Assembly (NCBI GenBank): GCA_963815195.1
Contig: CAWFGE010000007.1
Coordinates: forward strand, 256,001 to 320,000
Reading direction: 5' to 3'
DNA from: an uncultured Planctomycetaceae bacterium
Lineage (GTDB): Bacteria; Planctomycetota; Planctomycetia; Planctomycetales; Planctomycetaceae
DNA length: 64,000 nt
The notes beneath the pieces were generated by a model. That model was not told the DNA's origin. It made no database searches and saw only the letters and a program-made list of their open reading frames with translations. Below, piece after piece: positions 57,420 through 64,000 of this stretch. Numbering within the stretch: position 1 is the stretch's first letter; every line of letters begins with the position of its first letter. The position numbers and the translations under genes were made by a program.

Positions 57420-58892
57420 ATGACCAAACGAATTCTTGCAGCCTTGAGCACCGTGTGTTTGATCGCATTGGGCGGTTGGCTGCTGCTGCGAACCGAGCCC
57501 GCCGTCGCCGCCAAACCCGATTGGCTCACCGATCTCGCCCAGGCCCAAAAAATCGCGGCCAAGGAAAACAAGGACCTGTTGATCAACTTCACAGGCTCGG
57601 ACTGGTGCGGCTGGTGCATCCGGCTGCGGGAAGAAGTCTTCGACAAGCCCGGCTTCGAAAAAGCCAACGACAATTTCGTCATGGTCGTGATGGATTTTCC
57701 GTCCGACGAAACCCTCGTCCCGCCCAAGACCCGCGAGCAGAACGAAATCTGGAGCAATCGCTTCGGCGTCCAAGGCTTTCCGACGATCGTCCTCGCCGAT
57801 GCCCAGGCCCGGCCGTATGGCACGTTGGGCTACACCCCCGGCGGCCCCAAGGCGTTTTTAGCCGAGTTGGATCAAGCCCAAAAAATCCGCCAATCCCGCG
57901 ACGAGATTCTGGCCCAGGCGGACAAAGCCCAAGGCGTCGCCAAGGCCAAGCTGCTCGATAAAGCCCTGGAAAAAATCCCCGCCAACTACCGCCTGCCGAT
58001 GTACAACAGCCAGGTGAAGGACATCATCGCCCTCGACACTCAGAACCAGGCCGGACTCAAATCCCAATACACCAAAGTCCTGCAGGAAGCGGAAGCCGAG
58101 GAATTCCTGAAAAAACTCCAGCAAGCCGTCCAAGTGGCGTATGAAAAAGACGGCCAGGATGCGGCCCTCAAACTGGTGGCCGATGCCCTCAACAGCAAAA
58201 ACGCCCAGTCCAACCCGGTGCTGCGGAGCCAACTCGCCAATGCGGAAGTGAATCTGCTCGTGTCGTTCGAGAAAACGAACCAAGCGCTGGCGAAGCTGGA
58301 AGCGCTGGTCGCAGACAAATCCGTGTCCAAAGAGGATCGAAAAACGTTCCGCCAATTAGAGGCCCAGTTGCTCAAGGACTCGGGCCAGACCGAAGCAGCC
58401 CTCAAAGTCTATGACGCCCTGCTCGCCGATGCGGATGCCGCGCCGGGCGAGATTTTAAAATATCTGACCGACAAGGCGGAAGTCCTGGCGGGGGCGGATC
58501 GGCCGAAAGAAGCGCTGGACGCGTACAACGCGGCCCTCAAGAAAACGAAGAAAGGCACCGACGAATGGCTGATCGTGCAGGTCAGCCGCGGCGATTTGCT
58601 CGCGAAATCCGAGCAGCCGAAACAAGCCGCGGGCGTGTTTGACGAGATGTTGACCTTGGAAACGCTGCAACCGATTCAAGAGGCGATGCTGCTGGTCCGC
58701 TCCGCCGAAGCCCACCACGCCGCCGGGCAAACCAAGGAAACGGAAACGCTAAGCCAAAAGGCGAACAAGATTTTGAAAGACCTCGCCAAAGCCGAGAAAT
58801 ACCCGCCGCAACTCTTGGAAGAACTCCAAGGCCGCGTGGACGCGCTCGGCAAGAAAGAGGACACGTCGAAGGCGGAGAAAAAGTCGGAATAA
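57420..58892 (+). CDS. Thioredoxin-family protein (CGWC) fused to TPR repeats
   Basis: Signal/TM; NFTGSDWCGWC and V-GFPT; C-terminal TPR-like helices. Confidence 0.88.
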   Translation: MTKRILAALSTVCLIALGGWLLLRTEPAVAAKPDWLTDLAQAQKIAAKENKDLLINFTGSDWCGWCIRLREEVFDKPGFEKANDNFVMVVMDFPSDETLVPPKTREQNEIWSNRFGVQGFPTIVLADAQARPYGTLGYTPGGPKAFLAELDQAQKIRQSRDEILAQADKAQGVAKAKLLDKALEKIPANYRLPMYNSQVKDIIALDTQNQAGLKSQYTKVLQEAEAEEFLKKLQQAVQVAYEKDGQDAALKLVADALNSKNAQSNPVLRSQLANAEVNLLVSFEKTNQALAKLEALVADKSVSKEDRKTFRQLEAQLLKDSGQTEAALKVYDALLADADAAPGEILKYLTDKAEVLAGADRPKEALDAYNAALKKTKKGTDEWLIVQVSRGDLLAKSEQPKQAAGVFDEMLTLETLQPIQEAMLLVRSAEAHHAAGQTKETETLSQKANKILKDLAKAEKYPPQLLEELQGRVDALGKKEDTSKAEKKSE

Positions 58893-58927
58893 TCGAAAAC
58901 CGTGAGCAAGCGAGACGAGGTGGGCAG

Positions 58928-59269
58928 ATGCTTCCCAGATGCATTGTGCTTCAAACGCCGGCTTCTGACCATCTGGGCTTCCTGCTGCTCGTACCCGGTG
59001 ACCTCACGCATGGAGATTGTATTTTCAGCATTATTCCCAAAAACCCCGCCGTGTTTGACCACCCATCGGCGCAACAATTGTTTCCACGCCGCGATGTTGG
59101 CGAAAGCCGTTACACGCTCGATTGCCAATCCGGTTTCCAATTACGGATTGTCTCTGCCGGTTTGCCGGATCTCATTATCGAACTCGACGAAAATGGGAAG
59201 GGCATTTGGCGCGATGATGTCCCTGAAACGAATGGCGGCTGTGCATTGATCCCGACTCAAACCGAGTAA
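58928..59269 (+). CDS. Hypothetical protein
   Basis: GAGGTG RBS; 113-aa ORF filling the gap, lower GC than its neighbours. Confidence 0.4.
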   Translation: MLPRCIVLQTPASDHLGFLLLVPGDLTHGDCIFSIIPKNPAVFDHPSAQQLFPRRDVGESRYTLDCQSGFQLRIVSAGLPDLIIELDENGKGIWRDDVPETNGGCALIPTQTE

Positions 59270-59371
59270 CTGATTAACGCCGCTCTCGCCAATTCATGAT
59301 CTTGCCGCTAGAAATGCCGATGTTCTCGGCGCTGTTTCCACACTCTTTTTACGAATTTCCCCCAACAGGCA

Positions 59372-61045
59372 ATGTCACAACAGTATATCTTTACCATCGA
59401 AGGCCTCACCAAGCAGTTTGGTGAGAAGGAAGTTCTGCACAACATCTGGCTGGCGTTTTATCCCGGCGCGAAGATCGGCGTATTGGGCAACAACGGGGCG
59501 GGGAAAAGCTCGCTCCTGAAGATCATGGCCCTCGAAGACACCGACTTCATGGGCACCGCCCGGCCGATGAAGGGGATTCGCATCGGCTATTTCCCGCAGG
59601 AGCCCCGGCTCGACCGTTGGGAAACCGTTGAGGAGTGCATTCAAGATGCGGTCGGGGAATCGCAGGCGATTCTCGACCGCTACAACGACATCAACATGAA
59701 ACTCTGCGAAGACCTCTCGCCCGAGGAGATGGAAAAGCTGCTCGAAGAGCAGGCCAAGGTGCAGGATCAAATCGACGCCGCGAATTTGTGGGAACTGGAC
59801 CGCCTGGTCGAGATGGCGATGGATGCGATGCGGCTGCCGCCCGGCGATGCGAAAATCGACCACCTCTCCGGCGGCGAGAAGCGGCGGGTCGCCTTGTGCC
59901 GCTTGGTGCTGCAAACGCCGGATATGCTGCTCCTCGATGAGCCGACGAACCACCTCGACGCCGAGTCCGTGGCTTGGCTCGAGCGGTATCTGCACGAATT
60001 CCCCGGCACCGTCGTCGCGGTCACGCACGACCGGTATTTTCTGGACAACGTCGCCGGCTGGATTTTGGAACTCGACCGCGGCCACGGCTATCCGTACGAG
60101 GGGAACTACACATCCTGGCTCGAACAAAAGCAGGCCCGGCTCGCGGTGGAGCAAAAACGCGAAAGCCGTCGGCAAAAAGAACTCGCCCGCGAACTCGAAT
60201 GGGTCCGCATGTCGCCCAAAGCCCGGCAATCCAAAAACCGGGCGAGACTCCAGCGGTACGAACAACTTGCGGCCCAAGCCTACGATGCCCGCGACGAGGC
60301 CCCGGACATCCAAATCCCCGTGGCCCGGCCGCTCTCCGATCTGGTCGTGCGGGCGGAGAACGTTTCCAAGGCCTTCGGCGATAAGCTGCTGTTCGAGAAC
60401 TTGAATTTCGATCTGCCCCGCGGCGGGATCGTCGGCGTGATCGGTCCCAATGGGGCCGGCAAGACGACGCTGTTCAAAATGATCGTCGGGCAGGAAAAAC
60501 CCACCCGCGGCGAGTTGCGGATGGGCGATTCGGTCGAATTGTCTTACGTCGATCAAACCCGCGATGCTTTGAACGATGACAAAACCGTCTACGAGGAAAT
60601 CTCCGGCGGCGTCGATCAACTCGACGTGGGCGGCGTGCGGATTCACGCCCGGGCCTACTGCGGGCGGTTCAATTTCAAAGGCCCGGACCAGCAAAAGAAA
60701 GTCGGCAAGCTCTCCGGCGGGGAACGCAACCGCGTGCACCTGGCGAAGTTGTTGCGGTCGGGCGGCAATTTGCTGCTGTTGGACGAACCCTCGAACGATC
60801 TCGATGTGGACACCCTGCGGGCGCTCGAAGAGGGCCTGATGAACTTCGGCGGCTGCGCAATGGTCACCAGCCACGACCGCTGGTTCCTGGACCGCATCGC
60901 CACGCACATTCTCGCGTTTGAAGGCGACAGCCAGGCGGTTTGGCACGAAGGCAACTACGAAAGCTACGAAGCCGACCGCCACGCCCGCCTGGGCGAAGAC
61001 GCCGACCGCCCGCACCGCGTCCGCTACCGCCCCGTGGCGCACTGA
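59372..61045 (+). CDS. ettA: Energy-dependent translational throttle protein EttA (ABC-F)
   Basis: [52 protein letters not shown] linker, and a second ABC domain with LSGGERNR. Confidence 0.95.
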   Translation: MSQQYIFTIEGLTKQFGEKEVLHNIWLAFYPGAKIGVLGNNGAGKSSLLKIMALEDTDFMGTARPMKGIRIGYFPQEPRLDRWETVEECIQDAVGESQAILDRYNDINMKLCEDLSPEEMEKLLEEQAKVQDQIDAANLWELDRLVEMAMDAMRLPPGDAKIDHLSGGEKRRVALCRLVLQTPDMLLLDEPTNHLDAESVAWLERYLHEFPGTVVAVTHDRYFLDNVAGWILELDRGHGYPYEGNYTSWLEQKQARLAVEQKRESRRQKELARELEWVRMSPKARQSKNRARLQRYEQLAAQAYDARDEAPDIQIPVARPLSDLVVRAENVSKAFGDKLLFENLNFDLPRGGIVGVIGPNGAGKTTLFKMIVGQEKPTRGELRMGDSVELSYVDQTRDALNDDKTVYEEISGGVDQLDVGGVRIHARAYCGRFNFKGPDQQKKVGKLSGGERNRVHLAKLLRSGGNLLLLDEPSNDLDVDTLRALEEGLMNFGGCAMVTSHDRWFLDRIATHILAFEGDSQAVWHEGNYESYEADRHARLGEDADRPHRVRYRPVAH

Positions 61046-61249
61046 GTCTTGTGCCACGGGCATTTGCGAAGAATCTTCGCAGACGGGGTAGGCAAAGCAG
61101 GGAGAAATTGGGTAGGCTTGAGGACTGCGCGAAATTTGGGAATGTCTTCTTCAATTTCCGCGGTCGAGACTTTTCACATTTGGCGATGACGGCCAATCGC
61201 ATACAATGGGAATTTTGCATCTGGGAACCTAACGGGCAGGGAGCCGTTT

Positions 61250-64000
61250 GTGACGTTAACAGAACTTCTGGAAAATAAATTTCGGGCGGATCTCAGGTTT
61301 CGCGGGGAAACCTACGTCAAAGCCGAGCGCGTCTCGCTGATTCGGATAACGCCGGACCAGGTGTTCGGCATCGTGCAGGACAGCGTCGAGTACGAAACCC
61401 AGCTCAGCCGCGACGATTCGCAGCTCAAAATGTATTGCACCTGCGAAGCCTTTCAGCGGTCCGGGGTGTGCAAGCATCTGTGGGCGACGATTGTGGCGGT
61501 GCAGGAAGCCGGTCTCGTCGCGGGGGCGGTTCGTCCCGGGCATATCCCACCGTTCGCCGCCGAGATGGAACCCAACTTCCTCGCCGGCAGCATCTGGGAC
61601 GAAGACGACGAACTCGACGACCTGAGCGACGTCTATCATCCTCCCGCATCCGCGGCCGGCGGGAACGGCCAGAGCGCGGTGCACGTCAAGCCCCGGCTCA
61701 GGCCTTGGGAAGCGAAACTCCAGGAGCTTCGCGGCAAGATGCAGACGAACGAACCCGCCGCCCCGAACGCCGGCCGGGAGCGGGAGATTTTTTACGAGAT
61801 CGACGTCAGCGATAGCCGGTCCGTGGGCCAGTTGGTGATCCAGACGTCCCAGCGGCAACGCCGGGCCAACGGGCAGTGGGGAAAACTCAAGCCGCTCAAA
61901 CTCCGTCCGGGGAAGCTCGATGAAGTCGAGCACGAGGACGACAGCAAGATCCTCGCGTATCTGTCCGGCGGCACGCCCGAGCGGACCAACTGGCACGCGC
62001 AGCAGGCGGAGATTCAAACCGCGGTTTACCGCTACCGGGTGCCCTTTGAATTGAGCGAATTGATCCTCCCGCTGATGTGCCACACCGGACGGGTACGGTA
62101 TCTCGATTCGCACGAAACCGACCGGCAAAACTTGGAATGGGACGACGGCCCCGCGTGGGAACTCACGATGCGCATCGCGCTGGATCAGGACCAGGACGAG
62201 TGGAAGCTCGAGGGCCTGCTCAAACGCGACGAGGAATCGATGCCGGCCCGGAAAGCGGTGCTCATCGTGCCCGGCGGGTTGGTGCTAACGCACACCAAGA
62301 TCGCCCGTCTCCGGGATTTCGACGCCTTCGATTGGATTAACGTCTTATCATCGGAAAATGCGCTCCGCGTGCCCCACGGCGAGCAGCAGGAGTTGGTGGA
62401 CACGCTCTTCGACATGCCCACGCTGCCCCGGTTGGAACTGCCCGAAGAACTCCAGCTTGAGGAAATCACCTGCGATCCGAAGCCGCAACTCACGATCCAA
62501 TCGCCCCGCGGCAAGCGCTGGCATTTGGAGCGGCTCCAGGGCCAGGTGCATTTCGATTATCTGGAGTCCCTGGTCCCGGCGAGCAGTTCGCAATGGGCCT
62601 TGGTGCAGCGCGAGCAGGGGCGGTGCATCTTGCGGAACCGCGATCAGGAAGACGAGGCCTGGGCGCAGCTTCATGAATTGGGATTTCGGCGGATGCTCGA
62701 CCAGCGCCGCCGGGGCCACGATGTCGAAATCGCCGCCCGGTTTTTGGGGCCGGCCGTTCGGCGGTTGATGGAGCTCGGCTGGCAGGTCCACGCCGACGGC
62801 AAGCAGGTCCGGCAACCCGGCGAGTTCAACTTTCGGATCAAATCGGGCATCGACTGGTTCGAACTCCACGGCGAAGTGCAGTTCGAAGGCCAATCGATCT
62901 CCTTCCCCGAACTGCTCTCGGCCCTCGCGCGGGGCGACAGCACGGTCCGGCTCAGCGACGGTTCGTTGGGGATTCTCCCGGAAGACTGGGCGAAAAAGTT
63001 CGGACTTCTGGCGGGGCTGGGCGTGGCCGAGGAAGACCACATGCGGTTCGCCCACAACCAGGTCGCGCTGTTGGATGCGCTCCTCTCCGCCCAGGAGCAT
63101 GTCGAGCGGGACGAACAGTTCGAAATCCTCCGCGACCGCTTCAAAAACTTCACCGGCGTTGATCCCGCGGGCGAACCCAAAGGCTTCGTCGGCGAACTGC
63201 GCGGCTACCAGCGCGAAGGCTTGGGCTGGCTCGAGTTTCTCCAAGAGTTCCGCCTGGGCGGGTGTCTCGCGGACGACATGGGCCTCGGCAAAACGATCCA
63301 GGTCCTGGCTTTGTTGATGGACCGCCGGAAGAACCAGAAAAAGCAGCAGCCCTCCTTGATCGTGGTGCCCAAATCGCTGCTCTTCAACTGGCATCACGAA
63401 TGCACCCGATTCACGCCGCAGCTTTCGGTGCTGGAATACACCGGTCTCGACCGGGAAAACCTCCGGCCTCACTTTGAAGACCACGATGTGATCCTCACCA
63501 CCTATGGCACGCTCCGGCGGGACATCGTGCACCTCAAAGACACGCGGTTCGATTACGTCGTGTTGGACGAGGCCCAGACCATCAAAAACGCCGGCTCCCA
63601 GGTCGCCAAGGCCTCCCGGTTGCTGCAAGCCAATAACCGCGTCGCTTTGAGCGGGACGCCCATCGAAAACCACCTGGGCGATTTGTGGTCGATCTTCGAG
63701 TTCTTGAACCCCGGCATGCTCGGGCGAAGCTCGATCTTCAAAAGCTACGCCAACGACTCCGGCGACGACAACACGCGAAGCCTGTTGGCGAGTGCCCTGC
63801 ATCCGTTCATTCTCCGGCGGACCAAACGCCAGGTCGCCAGCGAACTGCCCGAAAAACTCGAGCAGACCATCTACTGCGACATGGGCCGCGAGCAACAACG
63901 GCTCTACAACGAGCTCCGCGACCATTACCGCAGCTCGCTGTTGGGACTCGTCCAAAAGCAGGGCCTGGGCAAATCCAAGATGCACGTCTTGGAGGCGTTG
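61250..64000 (+). CDS. SWIM zinc finger plus SNF2-family helicase (3' truncated by window edge; not in the ORF track)
   Basis: GTG start after GGGAG; CTC...CKHLWA SWIM motif. The same frame has LRGYQREG, LADDMGLGKT, LDEAQ-IKN, LSGTPIEN and LRRTK. Confidence 0.9.
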   Translation, partial: MTLTELLENKFRADLRFRGETYVKAERVSLIRITPDQVFGIVQDSVEYETQLSRDDSQLKMYCTCEAFQRSGVCKHLWATIVAVQEAGLVAGAVRPGHIPPFAAEMEPNFLAGSIWDEDDELDDLSDVYHPPASAAGGNGQSAVHVKPRLRPWEAKLQELRGKMQTNEPAAPNAGREREIFYEIDVSDSRSVGQLVIQTSQRQRRANGQWGKLKPLKLRPGKLDEVEHEDDSKILAYLSGGTPERTNWHAQQAEIQTAVYRYRVPFELSELILPLMCHTGRVRYLDSHETDRQNLEWDDGPAWELTMRIALDQDQDEWKLEGLLKRDEESMPARKAVLIVPGGLVLTHTKIARLRDFDAFDWINVLSSENALRVPHGEQQELVDTLFDMPTLPRLELPEELQLEEITCDPKPQLTIQSPRGKRWHLERLQGQVHFDYLESLVPASSSQWALVQREQGRCILRNRDQEDEAWAQLHELGFRRMLDQRRRGHDVEIAARFLGPAVRRLMELGWQVHADGKQVRQPGEFNFRIKSGIDWFELHGEVQFEGQSISFPELLSALARGDSTVRLSDGSLGILPEDWAKKFGLLAGLGVAEEDHMRFAHNQVALLDALLSAQEHVERDEQFEILRDRFKNFTGVDPAGEPKGFVGELRGYQREGLGWLEFLQEFRLGGCLADDMGLGKTIQVLALLMDRRKNQKKQQPSLIVVPKSLLFNWHHECTRFTPQLSVLEYTGLDRENLRPHFEDHDVILTTYGTLRRDIVHLKDTRFDYVVLDEAQTIKNAGSQVAKASRLLQANNRVALSGTPIENHLGDLWSIFEFLNPGMLGRSSIFKSYANDSGDDNTRSLLASALHPFILRRTKRQVASELPEKLEQTIYCDMGREQQRLYNELRDHYRSSLLGLVQKQGLGKSKMHVLEAL

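Noticed and set aside
61250..64000. SNF2 helicase as part of an anti-phage defence system
   Set aside because: SWIM-SNF2 next to ettA with host-like codon use is a common core gene; no defence partners are visible and the gene is truncated by the window.

Overview
This is a GC-rich chromosomal window from a Planctomycetota bacterium, probably Planctomycetaceae, judged from lineage-typical genes: DUF1553/DUF1501, DUF1559 prepilin-like plus lipoprotein pairs, CRTAC1/ASPIC-UnbV, DUF1080 and a HisA-like C1-pathway protein. It holds about 50 protein-coding genes. These include housekeeping genes (an EF-G paralog, tdh, panB, ettA, an aminotransferase, a partial SWIM-SNF2 helicase), a sugar/nucleoside operon, a periplasmic thiol-redox cluster and several families of short palindromic REP-like repeats. 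I saw no rRNA, tRNA, CRISPR array, integrase or transposase. About nine single-base frameshifts in otherwise intact genes look like long-read assembly errors. The strongest candidate for an undescribed system is a Tat-exported xanthine-oxidase-family operon (38110-43075). Its Mo active-site motifs are intact, but all four Cys of one [2Fe-2S] cluster are replaced, three of four PaoB-type [4Fe-4S] Cys are missing and the FAD motifs are degenerate; it is followed by a 76-aa six-Cys protein and a secreted DUF1326 protein. Other candidates are a vitamin-K-dependent carboxylase (HTTM) homolog next to DUF1559 and CRTAC1-TPR genes, an orphan DUF1559 3' fragment between direct repeats, and several apparent pseudoenzymes. 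All family calls come from motif recognition by eye; no database searches were run.
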